Positions 13,020 through 26,298 of a stretch of 64,000 nt of DNA are shown piece by piece. The stretch lies in assembly GCF_009914755.1 (NCBI RefSeq), contig NC_060927.1; one strand, written 5' to 3'. The DNA is from the human T2T-CHM13v2.0 reference genome, Homo sapiens. Within the stretch, counting starts at the first letter, position 1, and each line of letters begins with the position of its first letter. A program made the translations under genes and the position numbers. The notes beneath the pieces were generated by a model, which was not told the origin of the DNA, did not search any database, and saw nothing but the letters and a program-made list of their open reading frames with translations.

Positions 13020-14515
13020 TTTCTCTATTTTCCACAGTACCTAACATGACTTGATAAAATATTATTTTAATTGAATTCCATCAACAACAATCAACAGAAG
13101 ATAATGCCAAGCAACAACATCCACAAAATGTAATAGAGATGGCTCCACAATATTCTCCTCCAGTTTAATACTATCCATTAGATACTCTGCTTAACGTGCA
13201 AACTGCTTTTTTATGGGTTGAATCAACACTTCTGTAGCAGGCATATTGCCCAGAAGATGACAATACTGCTAAAAATCTATCTCCACTCAAAACCATTTAT
13301 TATCCTCAAATCTTTTGCCTCTTTCTATGCACCAAGCTGTAACCTCTTCCAGAAAACATCACCTACCACTTTCTCAAAACAGTGTCTTTCAGCAGCACTG
13401 TGGATTTGATGGCATGTCCATTTGTCATAGTGACTTTATAGACATCCAGGTTCTTGCCATGGAATATTTAGTTTATTCAAGTAGTGCCAACTCATGACAT
13501 GAAAAGTAAGTTAACCAGCTGGTAAAGCCGGCATCTACACAATCACACCTAACGGGTAGAAAAGGTTGAACTAGTAGTTGAGCCAGTACTGTTAAATTAC
13601 CTTTACAAATGAAAGGGAGCCGAAATACTTAAAATCTCAAACAATGCACAAAATCCTCTTTTGTGACTGTGGACTTTTGTGGGGTTTTTGCTTTTTTTTT
13701 TTCTCTCCAACATTCTCATCAACTATCATTCATGTATGCCATATAAAGAGCTCCATTTAGACTTAATAAAGATGCAGGGCATTGAATCAGGTAAGCCAGA
13801 GACCTGTTTAATGTCCCCATTTTGTCACCTTGTACAACTCTAAGGATAAAAGAATGCTCAAGCTTTGTAAACCTTAGAGACAAACTGTTTCAGCTTCCCC
13901 ATGTCACAGACAGAGAACCGAAAGCTCAGAGCAACTCCTTCCTGCAGTCCTATGCAAGCTGGAGACTGGAATAGGACTCATCTCTCTGCTGTCTCTTGAA
14001 ACTCACAGGGTGGCCTAGGGCTTGGCTTCCACTATGGTGGTCTCAATTTTGTGTCAGAAACAGGGCTTAGATGTCAAGTAAAAGGAAACCGTTGAAAGCA
14101 GATCAGGTGTCATAGCATTTTGATTCTTGATGTGTCTGCAAAATAAGTTTCTAAGGTTGGTAGATGTTAACTGTTATATAGGTTTAAACCATTTACTGAG
14201 TCAGGAAATAGCACTTAACATTGGTTAAATACTTAGAATTCTGCCAGGCACTGAGGGAGTTAACTACAGCAACAAAGAATGAGTGAATAATACAGTCATC
14301 CATCTCATGAACGGAGCAAACATCCAATTTTGAAGATAAAAGTGAATTCCCACCAGACCCTAAGCTCCTCTGGGGCATGTACTGTCTGTGTGCCTTTTAT
14401 CTCTGTGTAGCCAGAGTGATCTTTCGAAAATGAAAAATCTTCACTAGCTTCCCTTTCTCTTAGAATAAATGTAAAATCCTTTAATGTTCCTTATGAGGCA
14501 TGCCACAATATAGAC

Positions 14516-14736
14516 TTGGGATTGGGAAACTTTTGTGTAACAGGACAGATAGTAAACATTTTTGACTTTGCAGGCCAAACAATCTCTGTGGCAACTACTC
14601 TATTCTGTCACTGTAGTATGCATGCAGCCATAGACAATTAGTAAATGAACAGGCATGGCTGTGATCTAGCAATACTTTGTGTACAAATGCAGGCAGCAGA
14701 AAGATTTGACCTGCAAGAATAGTGTGCTGACCCTTG
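14516..14736 (+). mobile_element. MER58A hAT MITE
   Basis: aaacttttgtgtaacaggacagatagtaaacatttttgactttgcaggcc...gcagccatagacaat...ggcatggctgtg. Confidence 0.85.
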
Positions 14737-14744
14737 GGATGGAA

Positions 14745-15195
<451 letters not shown>

Positions 15196-15383
15196 GCGTC
15201 TCTATCATTCTAGCGTTACTTTCAACCTGGCTCTCCCTTACTTCCTGAGATGTTCCACACTCAGCTTCTCCTTCTTTTCATGTTTCCTCCTGCCCCAGGG
15301 CCTATGTGCATGCTGTTTCTCTGGACTAGACTTTTCTTCTCCTTTTACTTAATCTACTCTTTTAAATATTAGCTCAGGGTCCA

Positions 15384-15791
15384 TGTGTTAGTCCACTTGC
15401 ATTGTTATCAAGAAATACCTGAGACTGAGTAATTTATAAAGAAAAGAGGTTTATTTGGCCCACAGTTCTGCAAGCTATACACAAATCATAGGGCCAGCAT
15501 CTGCTTCTAGTGAGGGCCTCAGCAAGTTTCCAATCATAGTGACAGGCAAAGGGAAGTCAGCATGTCCCATGGCAAGAGAGGGAGGAGTTGTCAGGCTCTT
15601 TTAAACAACCAGATCTCACATGGGCTCATAGAGTGAAGACATTACCAGGACATTGCTGTAAGGACAGCACTGAGCCATTCATGAAGGATCCCGCTCCCTG
15701 ACCCAAACACCTCCCACCAGGCCCCACCTCCAACACTAGGGATTACATTTCAACATGAGATTTGGAGGGGACAAACATCCAATGTATATCA
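15384..15791 (-). mobile_element. MSTB-type MaLR solo LTR inserted in an L2
   Basis: TG...CA ends, aaatacctgagactgagtaatttataaagaaaagagg, and a 5 bp TSD gtcca/gccca. Confidence 0.92.
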
Positions 15792-16269
15792 GCCCAATTC
15801 CTTAGGAAATGTGCTCTGGACTAGATCAAGCACACCCCTTCTATGCACTCATTGTTCCCAATTCTTCCCCATCAAAGCGATTCTCATAGTTGTAATTTTA
15901 TATTTATTCATGTCATTCCTCATCAATATCTGCCCCTCTTCCATTGGAATGTAAGCTGCTTGAGAGGAGATAACATTCCAGTGTTTCTTTTTTACTATTT
16001 TATACTGTGCAGTTAGCACAGTTCCTACATGAGTTGCTGTTCAATAAATAATGAATGAATCAATAAAGCAGTTAATCAATCCTAATTTTCCAGCCTCATC
16101 TTCCAGATCCATAGTAGACATAACTAGACAGGCACTCAGTAAAGACTGTTGAATAACTTTTATAAGGTTTTGGAATTTAGAGGATTTTTAAAATTCAGAA
16201 AACTTTCAAAGGCTCCTTTACTATTCCTGATCCCCCTCTTCTCTTCTCAAGTCATCTCTCTCTCAACCA

Positions 16270-16410
16270 CCAATGTCCAATAGAACTTGGACTATCATTC
16301 TGAGATGGTGGAATTTCTGTGTTATCCAGTATCACCTGCTATCACGTGTTGCTATCGAGCTTCTGAATGTGCTAGTCCCACCATAAACCATATTTTAAAT
16401 TATATATAAG
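16270..16410. mobile_element. MER3/MER33-like hAT fragment
   Basis: tgtccaatagaact...tcacgtgttgctatcgagcttctgaatgtgctagt. Confidence 0.6.
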
Positions 16411-16419
16411 GCACAGTGC

Positions 16420-17030
16420 ATAAAGGTCCAGGTTCCAAGGAATATGTAAGAGTGTTTTAGAACCCCTTATGAACATTTAATTCCCCAGATTTTTCTTTTA
16501 AGTGTTCTGGTTAGCCTATTGCTTGGCTTAACTATTATGTACTGCCTCTGGTAGCTGCAATCTTAATCAATCAATTTGTTGCTGATTGTTTTTGATAAAT
16601 ACTCCCTTCAAGGAAAGGCGGTCTGTACTAGGTGAGCTCCGAGTCAGGTCAAACAAGGACAATCCTCCACCAGACCGGTCTAATGACAATTCTGTGCGAA
16701 TCGGGTTTTGAAGAATTTCCAACTCTGTTATGCCTTCTCCAGTGCCTCCCAGGACTCTGGTTTTCACCATGCCCATAGAATATGGGTTTACAAGGCTACG
16801 GCGATGCTAGGGTGATGGGGAGGGTAATAGAATAAGAGAAAACACCAGAATGCTCACCGTTCTTACTGAGATTCAGCCATTGTTTTTAAGCAAACCCTCC
16901 CCAGATGACTACATCATTTGATAAATTTCTAGAGTTCTAAAATTTGATTCTGACACTTTTTGTTGTGCTTTCATTGACTGATGGAGAAGACTTTCTGATG
17001 TCTTTACTCCACCATTCTTGCTGATGTCAC
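16420..17030 (-). mobile_element. Old L1M 5'-end fragment
   Basis: cttactgagattcagccattgttttt...aatttctagagttctaaaa...tactccaccattcttgctgatgtcac. Confidence 0.65.
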
Positions 17031-17629
17031 ATCCACATCCATTCTTAAAATCTCAGATCAAATGCCACCTCTGCTGAGAAAAAGCTTCCTCTGTTGACAT
17101 GATTTGGTTCTTTCTCTATGCTTCCTTAGCAATTCGTACACACTTCTAAGAGACTGTATTATTTATACTCAATTCATTCCCTCCCTATGCAGATACTTTA
17201 TTTAATAAGCTCCTGCTGTGTATCTATCTCCCCCCATTAAATTGGATTTCTTAAAGGACTGGGACTATATCTGATGTGATGTTGTAGTCCCCTTGCACAA
17301 AGCTTGGCACATTGTAGGTGCTTAAAAAACATTTGTGGTGCTACAGACCTTGTAAGGGGACTGAATGCAGGTCCTTATGGGGGACTGCTCTGGAGCTGGC
17401 TGTCATTCTGAACACCAGCCCTCTGCCCCTTTTACAGCCCCCTCATTTTTGTCCAGTGCTGCCTATGTTTCACTAATATGCCTCTGAGCAATTTTTAAAA
17501 AATCTTTGACTCTTACGTTTCTTTTATTTGCCTTTGAAAGACTGAAAATGGAAATGAAATGCACGTATAATAGGTAAGGTCCAAAATATGTGTTCTAAAT
17601 ATAACCCAAGCCTTTGAAGCTGCAGGTGA

Positions 17630-17969
<340 letters not shown>

Positions 17970-18788
17970 TGCTTCCCTGTGTTATTTTCCCTCTGCCCTA
18001 CTGCTTTGGTTTCTTCCCACTCTTCAGTCCTTCACATCCTTCTATGTCTTTCAAGTTAACCAAGGACCTTCCTTTCCTCCAGGAAGCAGCCTGTGATGTG
18101 TACATTGGAACGTATTAAGTGATGAGTGACACATTACAAAGAGCACTGGAACTTGGAACTTGGCTTCCAGAGATTTTTTTCTGTCCAGACTTGGTTCATA
18201 CTTTATTTTGGAAAAGTTTCTTCTCTCCTTTGTGCTTCAGTTTCCACATCTACCAGATGAAAATGTTGATCTCCATGGTTTTACTTCTAATGTCCCACAA
18301 TTTTGTTACTATTAAGTCACCACCCCTGGGAACTTCATTTTTAAATAACATATGAATTTAAAGGAGAACGTAAAAACACAACAATGCTGTATTGTAAGGC
18401 ATGACTCACCAGTGGTGAGATTTCAAGCACCACATGTTCATTCCACAAACATTTATTGAGGATCCATGTTCAAGGGCCTCCCTATGTGTTAGTAATATAG
18501 AGATATGGCTCCACCCTATGAAAGAGGCTCCTGCCCTACGGAAGCATGTAGTCTTATAAACAACTGACTTTTGGAAAAGATGTAAGCTAACCAAGGTTGG
18601 TAAATTATTTTTATATCCCTTTCCAGTTTCAATCTATTGGTAATGCCCACCGAAGAGTTGTTTTGGCCCTTCAGGATAGAGTGTTGTGATTGATAGGTCA
18701 TGGTGCTATCCTTACTCTGATACCTTGGATCATATCATTTAATAATTATCTCTTTGCATTAGTTTCCCATCTCTTTGTATTAGTTTCC

Positions 18789-19139
18789 TGTCTTGGTCCT
18801 TTAAGGCTGCTATATAGACTGAGTAGCTTATAAACAATAGAAGTTCATTTCTCACAGTTCTGGAGGCTAGCAAGTCCAGGACCAAGGCTCTGGCATGTTT
18901 CATGTCTGGTGAGGGTCAGCTTCCTGGCTTATAAAGGCACTTCTTATGTCTTCGAACGGAGGCAGAAGGGGCAAGGGAGTTCTCTAGAGCCTCGTGTATA
19001 AGGGCACTAATCTCATTGCATGGGCTCTACCCTCACGACTTAATCACTTCTGAAAGGCCCCACTTCCAAATACCATGACACTGGGGATTAAGTTTTAACA
19101 TCTGAATTTTGGTGAAATACAAGAATTCAGTCTATAGCA
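18789..19139 (-). mobile_element. MLT1A/A0 solo LTR (copy 1)
   Basis: TG...CA ends, tttctcacagttctggaggct core, TSD tttcc/tttcg. Confidence 0.9.
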
Positions 19140-19277
19140 TTTCGTTTTTTATGCACTATCCTTCACCTCCATCAACTTTATGATAGAGATAATGGTGCTT
19201 ACTTTATGGGACTGTGTGAAGATTAAGTTAGATAATGTATATGGAACAACAAACACAGAGTTTGACACACGATAGAT

Positions 19278-19616
19278 TGTCTTACTCTATTCATGCTCCT
19301 ATAATAAAATATCATTGACTGGATAGCAAATACACCACAGTTCTGGAGGCTGGAAAGTCCAAAATCAATGCACCTGGAGATCTGGTGTCTGATGAAGGCC
19401 CACTCATAGACGTTTCTCATTCTGTCTGCACATGGTAGAAGGCGGCAGGGTAGCTCTCTGGGGAATCTTTTATAGGAACACTAATCTCATTCATGAGAAC
19501 TCTACTCTCATGACTTAATTACCTCCCAAAAGACCCCACATCCTAATACCATCACTTTGAGAGTTAGGATTTCAACACATGAATGCTGGGGGGACCCAAA
19601 CATTCAGACAATGGCA
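19278..19616 (-). mobile_element. MLT1A/A0 solo LTR (copy 2)
   Basis: TG...CA ends, cacagttctggaggctggaaagtccaa core, TSD tagat/taaat. Confidence 0.9.
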
Positions 19617-19639
19617 TAAATGTTCATTATCCTCTAAAT

Positions 19640-19864
19640 CAGTGGCTCTCTATAGTGGGGAGAGAAGGTTATTTTCTCCCCAGGGAATATTTGACAATGT
19701 TTGGAGGCATTTTAGGTTGTCACTACTTGGGGAGGCACATTACCAGCCTCTATTGTGTATAACCCAAATATGCTGCTAAACAGCTTTGCAATGCACAGGA
19801 CAGATTGCCACACAAAAAATTAACCAGCCCAAAATGTTGATTGTGTCAAGGTTAAGAAACCTTG
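19640..19864 (+). mobile_element. MER20 hAT MITE
   Basis: cagtgg...aagaaaccttg ends and a perfect 8 bp TSD ctctaaat (19632-19639, 19865-19872). Confidence 0.93.
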
Positions 19865-20041
19865 CTCTAAATTAGTGCCAGAACAAATGCCAAAGCAAGT
19901 TATAAATATGAGACATTAATTCTTGCTATCTTTTCAAATTAAATATTTGTTTTCTTAAAATACAAGAGTCAAGAAAGTTGTCTGTTGCTCAGTTCCAGGT
20001 ATTAGAAAAAGCAGAAAATAAAGCCTACCTTCCTTCCCTTC

Positions 20042-20408
20042 TGATATGGTTTGGCTCTGTGTCCCCACCAAATCTCATCTCGAACTGTAATCTCTATGTG
20101 TAGAGTGAGGGACCTGGTGGGAGGTGACTGGATCGTGGGGGCGGTTCCCCCATGCTGTTGTTGTGATAATGAGGGAGTTCTCAGGAGATCTGGTAGTTTG
20201 ATAAGTGTCTGGCATTTCCCCTGTGTCCTCTCTTTCTCCTGCCGCCTTTTGAAGAAGGTGCCTGCTTCCCCTTTGCCTTCCACCATTATTTTAAGTTTCC
20301 TGAGGCCTCCCCAGACATGAGGAATTGTGAGTCTATTAAACCTCTTTTGTTTATAAATTGCTCAGTCTCAGTAGTATCTTTATAGCCGTGTGAAAACGGA
20401 CTAATACA
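20042..20408 (+). mobile_element. THE1 (C/D-type) solo LTR
   Basis: tgatatggtttggctctgtgtccccaccaaatctcat...ggactaataca with a perfect TSD ccttc. Confidence 0.95.
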
Positions 20409-21195
20409 CCTTCTTCCCTCCATCCTTTCCTTACTTTCTTCCTCCCCTCTGTCCCTCCTTCTATTTCCTCTCTTTCCTTTTTGTCCAAACTCTGTAAAGA
20501 TGGCTGCCAGGTGCAGAAGAAGATCAAGCCAAATAATTTGCATTTCAGTTTTACCATAAAAATCTATGCTTCCTGCAACAGGCAGGAAACATGGGAAGCT
20601 GAATTTCTCTATGACATATGCCCTCCATAAGGCAGAAATTGTTGTTGTCAGAATAACTAAGCTAAAATATCAGGATACTTGCCTAAACTCAGAAAGCTTG
20701 ACACATAAATTGCCACTGAACAGTGGCTGCGTATGAGATTAGAACCTGCCTTTTGGAGGGGTGATTTGTCAGCCCCATTGGCAGAACTAGCATAGTAAAT
20801 AACACTAAAATGAAATGAGCTACAGTCTCAGAAATGCTGTATTTTATGTTGCAATGGACAGTCAGGGAAAAAGAGATAAGTAATGGGCTGCTGCCTGAAT
20901 TCTCTCGTTCCTACCCAACCATCGCTGCCTGGGCCATAGGCAGTACATGTCAGCGTGAGGACCAAACATGGCCTGACACTCTTCATGGGACTGCATATGT
21001 GCTTATGGCTCATAATAACATGGTAGCATATAAGCAAACCATAAGTAATACACATGAGTCTTTAAAAAACACAAAAAGCCATAATGCCATGAGGGGTTAA
21101 AAGAGGTAGGTTAATTCTAACTGAGTGGGATTTGGGAGGACTTCTTTGAGAGGGTATATTTGAGCTAAGCTTTAGAATATGAGTAGGGTCTGGAT

Positions 21196-21704
21196 AAGGA
21201 CTTCTTAACTTGAAGTCCATGGACCTTTAGGTGAAGTCTGTGAATTTGAATGGGAAAAAAATTACATCTCTATTTTCACCAATCTCTAGCTGACATTTAG
21301 TATTTCCTTCAGGTACTAAGGTAGACTACATGCACACTAGTATTAGCAGAACCAGTGATTTTTGTCACCAGTACAAATCCCAGATATTCTCATGTCATAC
21401 TACTACTGTTGCAGATAATTGAAATATTATTTATGTTAATCACTCCTTTTAAACAACAGCAATTTTTAGATTAATTATTGGATCTTGCTATTTAATGTGT
21501 CTATTAAAAACACATCTATTGCCATATCACAAGTTTAGTTATTTTAGTTTTTTTAGTTTGTTAACCATTTTTAAATATAATTGGTTTTCTTTGTAAAATT
21601 ATGAATTTTTAATTATGGATTTAAAATTTTATTCTGACAGGATGTGAATAGACTCTACCAGATGCCAGGTAGATTCACGGTAAAAAGAGAGCTAAGAACC
21701 CATG
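21196..21704. mobile_element. Charlie4a (MER80)-like hAT element
   Basis: ttcttaact...gggaaaaaaattacatctctattttcac...aatataattggttttctttgtaa...taagaacccatg. Confidence 0.8.
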
Positions 21705-21799
21705 CTAAGACAGGTAGAAATGAGTGGGCTTCTATGTCACAAAACAGCATGGACAAAAGCATGGATATCTGACTGCATGACTGTTTTGAAAATGACAAG

Positions 21800-22290
21800 A
21801 TCAAGACTACCATTTTTGCAGTGCTTTACCGTGTCTCAAACGCTGCTCTGTACTGGTCAATTTACTTCTTCCAAATAAACTATATGGGGTAGCTATGATT
21901 ATTTTCTTCATTTCACAGATGAGGCAAAGAGAGGTTAAGTGACTTTCCAGTAGCCGCATAGCCAGGGAGAGTTAGAGTTGGCCTGCTGACTTCAGAGGCC
22001 AAGCTGATAACAACTATTATTATTATTATACTGCTGTACAACAGTGACAACAGCAATCATGGGAACAGCAACGATCACCTGCTGAGTGCTGCATAAATCT
22101 CAGCTATTGTGCTATTTCTTTATAGACATCATCTAGTTGAATCCTTACAACAACTCTAGAAGTCAGTTATTATCTTCATTTATGAAACCGAGGCTTAGAG
22201 AAACTATGAGATTTGCCCAAGTTAGACAGTAAGTAGCTGAGCTAAAATCAGAATCCAGATCTACATAATGTCAAGTCTGGGTTCCTAAAG
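21800..22290 (-). mobile_element. Two tandem MIR fragments
   Basis: catttcacagatgaggcaaagagaggttaagtgact, and atccttacaacaactct...gaaaccgaggcttagag. Confidence 0.75.
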
Positions 22291-22329
22291 TCTGCGCCAA
22301 ACTATGTAGCAGTGAAGATCAGAATCCTG

Positions 22330-23090
22330 TAGTGCAAAGTATGTGCTGCATAAACTTGAAGCCAAAATATAAATGACCTTGAATGCCATGCCAAGAAGTT
22401 TGATTTCAGTATGTGGCAATGGGGAGTTATTGATGGCTTTTGAACAGAAAACCAACATTATATAATCTCTGTTTTAGGCAGATCATTGTGGCAACAATGT
22501 GGATAATGCATTTCAGAAGCAAACAGTTAGAGGCGATGGAACCAGTTAAGCAGCCATTGGAGCACCTGTCCTAGGTGAAGTTAAGATAAAGGTAGAATAC
22601 TTGAGGAAACGACACTACCTGGCATATATTATACATCACAGGAGGTGGTGTGAGGAAACAGAGGTGTCAAAGATACCCCTGGATGTCCAGCGACTAAAGC
22701 AAAAAACACAGGAAGAGAAACAAACTTGCTTTTGAGGGGCAAGGAGAGTAGAAAATTGATGGGTTCTTCTTTGAACATATTGAGTTGAGGTACCAATGAA
22801 ATACCTTGTTGGGTATGTTCAATTGAAAGAAGGAAATCTGGATGTGGTACTCCATACTGAGATATAGTGTGCTCTTGAAGGATGCTCCTACATTTCAGGA
22901 CTAGACCAAAGACATGGAACCAATGGTAGAGCTGAGAAATGGACAGAGAGGTACAAGATGTAGAAGTCAGGAGAGGAAAGTGTTCTCATCCGTGGAGGGA
23001 GATAGAAGAGCCAACAGAAAATGAAGGTGTCATAAAACAACTGAAATCGTTCTCCAAGGAAGATTTTGTATTTCTTTTTCTGAGGCCCTT
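22330..23090 (-). mobile_element. L2 LINE fragment
   Basis: ccttgaatgccatgccaagaagtttg...ggcaatggggagttattgatggcttttgaacag...ttgaacatattgagttgaggtacc. Confidence 0.75.
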
Positions 23091-23399
23091 TAAAGAACAT
23101 AGGATTTGGCTTCTTTTTGGATTTATTTAAGTCATGATTTGCATAGAGGCAGAGAGATGGGGAAAAATGGCATTTCTAGATCCCATCTGGCCCATTCACA
23201 GACTGGAAGTTCTATGATAAGTAACGAGAGAAACATTAGGGCTTCCAGGCACAGGGAGGAGAGGAGTGAGCAGTTGTCTAAGAAACCTGTTTTTTAATTG
23301 TGAAACAGGAATAATAAATGTGTGGGGGGGTGGGGGGAGAGAGACCGCAGTGCATGTGCATTTTGAGGATGGGGGAAAGAATTATTAAATGAAAGATTT

Positions 23400-23960
23400 A
23401 AAAATTGGCCTTGAATTGTTCAAAGATTTATCTGCCAGTGCTACAACACTGTGTGAACCCTGGAAACAACCAGCAGAGAAATATAAACCATGACAATTTT
23501 TAAAACAGCCTGAATATAAATGTGGCAATATCTATAAAGAGCTGTGGATCTTTGGGAGGGAAAATATAGAATGGTGGATAACAAACTAGTCAAGCAGGTG
23601 AATCACTTTAAATACCTGGAAAATCTCATTAGCCCAGGAAGGGAACAAATCCTGAAGCTAAGAGATTGAAATTTATTACAGTAAAGAACATTAAAGAAGA
23701 TTTACAATATAGTCACAAAGCCGCTTATTAAATTTGGCAGGGAAACTTGGATATGGAAAGAAGAATATAAAAAGACAATATGGTAGAAGCTGTTGAAATG
23801 AAATCTCCCCATTCACTTGAGGCTTGGATAAGATTTTAAGAATGAAAATATGTTGTGGTTAATATTGGTAATCAGTGGCCAGAATTTACTTTCACAAAAA
23901 AAGAGAAAAGATAAACTAGAAAACATGTTGAGAGAATTACTGAAATCTAAAACTGCAATT
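23400..23960 (+). mobile_element. Ancient RTE-clade LINE (L4/RTE-X-like), C-terminal RT/ORF fossil
   Basis: Translates to MVDNKLVKQVNHFKYLENLIS (from 23571), KIYNIVTKPLIKFGRETW (from ~23697), VEAVEMK, LDKI-RNEN and EN-HVER, across frameshifts. Confidence 0.75.
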
Positions 23961-24159
23961 AAATAATCAGTAGAAGAAAATCAGGTTGAAATTATTGCAT
24001 GTAGAGGGACCTTGGAATGCCAGTTAGTCCAAACCAAGCAAGCCGTCACTTTGATGACTATCTTTCATCAAAGATAAAAGTCAGCCCATCAAAATATGGG
24101 TCCCCACTCCCCAGTGCAAAGGGCCAGCACTAGTCCTGTTGGTGCCTGGCTCAATCATA

Positions 24160-24225
24160 CGTACCCCATAAATATGTGCACCTATTATGTAACAATAATA
24201 ATTAAAAATTAAAAACTTTTTAAAA
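24160..24225 (+). mobile_element. Short L1 3'-end fragment
   Basis: gtaccccataaatatgtgcacctattatgta...aattaaaaattaaaaa. Confidence 0.75.
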
Positions 24226-24239
24226 AGAGAAGTCTTCCA

Positions 24240-24745
24240 AATTGCCAGTGGCAGAAAATTGAATCTTCCTTGAGTGAAACAGAAATTCCTTGACTTCTGA
24301 ACCAGGAAGCTCCTAGGCTAACAGTGTATCTAAACTCAGCTTCAGACAGTGGTTCAAATGATTTCTCAAGAATCTGTTCTCTTTATCCCTGAGATCAGCT
24401 CTGCACTCCCCATGTGATTTCTTTCTCACCCAGGCTCTCTCCTCCTGGTCTCAAAGTAGCTGCTGCAGCTCCAGAACTTACCTCCTCTCAGCTTCCCAAC
24501 CAGTGAGATTAAAGCACTGCACACCCCACATTAGTCAAGGATAATTCTTGGTCATGATGCTCACTGGCCAGAGTTAGGCCATGTGCCCGTCCCAAGCCAA
24601 TCACCATGGTCAGGGGAATGGGATATTATAATTGGCTGAAACCAATCTGGACCCACCCTGGTATGGAGGCAACCAGTGAACCTTAAATCACATGAGTTAA
24701 GAGTGGGCAAGGAATGGTTTCCCCAAGAAAAGGTAAGGAATAGTT
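24240..24745 (-). mobile_element. Old MaLR LTR (MLT1K/L-like)
   Basis: ctcaaagtagctgctgcagctccag...ggccatgtgcccgtcccaagccaatcaccatggtcaggggaatgg. Confidence 0.7.
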
Positions 24746-25675
24746 TTTATATAAATAAGGGAGCAAGGATTGCAAAAATAATAAATGTTTATACAGTAAC
24801 AACCTTCAGTTTTGAAAGTCCTATTTTTATTTCATTTAAGCTTCTTGTACTAAGGTTTTAATCCATTTCATTTTATTTTGATCAGTAGAGATGTCAGGAG
24901 GTACATATTATTAGACAAAAAATCCCTGAAAGACAGAAAAAGTCTTTTGACACTTTATATTTGCGGTCTGCTTGTTCATTACTGGAGTAATTCTAGTTAT
25001 TGTAGATGAGCTGTTCTTGTTTTCTTTCAAATAACTTAAAGAATATGATGACAGAATGTATATTTAGGAAGATAAAATAATCTGCCCATACAGTCATCTG
25101 GTTATTGGATTGTGTAATGTATAAAGAGCTATTGATTTTTTTTTTTAAGTTCCACTGGTCATCATCTAAGCCTCTCTACTTTAGGGTGTCTGCTATTTAC
25201 TTCCTTCAGCCTGAGGAAGGAAGGTCTAAACATATGAATTACAATCTATTAGACCTTGGTGCAATTAATGCTGTTGAGAACATATAATAACTTGGAAAAT
25301 AACCAGGGAAAAATAGTTGGGAGCATTGCAGAGGTTCTGCGCAGTACACAACAAAACATTGCACATTTTTTTGAGTCCATAGAACGTGATTATTATACAG
25401 AAGAAGTCAAGCAGAGCTTGATCTGTTGCTTCTTGTGTGTGGGTATCTGAGCACATGAACACATTAAACTCTTCTGCAAAATCTGGGAAGAAAAGTTATA
25501 CTCTCCCCTTACATTATATTTTCACAGTGTGTAATTACAAATGCCAATCCAGATGCAGCAAAGACTTCCTTGAATATATTAAGGTGAAACCACACATCTC
25601 TACGGGGAGAGAAAGCAAGAGAAGCAGATTGCATTGTGCCATCCATCAGGCTGGGGCAGTTATCTGCACAGAGAG

Positions 25676-25873
25676 TGCAGAAGAAGGAAATATATGCATA
25701 TGCAAAGTTCCCTAGGCATCAAGATAAATATCACGGGTGGCATTTTGCTCTCTCTGCTCAGCCCCACCCTCTTTCATTCCACACTCCCCCTTCCTCGCCT
25801 GAGAAAACCTCGACACAGAATAGCAAAGACTGAGGAGTCATTAGAAAAATGTGCTTCTTCGTAGAAAGCAAGA
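25676..25873 (+). repeat. Local direct duplication, copy A
   Basis: 198 bp colinear with 26556-26753; 25 mismatches by manual count and no indels. Confidence 0.95.
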
Positions 25874-26244
25874 TCTGATTTCTTAGAAGCTTATTTAAAA
25901 TACGAGATAATTTAAAGAAAAAAAAAACGCTCTTTTGGTTTTCCTCACATTTTGTTGTCAGAGTTTTCAAATCCAAAATGAATTGCATTTCTGCTTGCCA
26001 CAAATGAAAATCTTCCAAGAGAATGCATTCAAGGAACTCAGCAAATCATGTAATACCAAGCAACATGCTGCCTTAGAAGTATATAAACCAGCTCTTTGTC
26101 AGTTTCTACAAGCAAGAGAGAGACATTCAGGATCACAATATCCCATCAGTATCTTCCGTAGAGATTCCAGGTAGCTCTGAAGCACATTCATTCATTTGCT
26201 GAATGAACATTGGTTGACGCTTATTGTACGCCTGACATGTTTTA

Positions 26245-26298
26245 TTAGGTTGGTTTAAAAGTAATGGCAAAAACCGCAATTATGTTTCACCAACCTAA
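26245..26298. mobile_element. MADE1 (Hsmar1 MITE), internally shortened, inside a MIR
   Basis: TA|ttaggttggt...aaaagtaatggcaaaaaccgcaatta...accaacctaa|TA. Confidence 0.9.

Noticed and set aside
18789-19616. LTR-spacer-LTR read as a mini-provirus or TRIM
   Set aside because: Each LTR has its own TSD and the spacer is MIR sequence.
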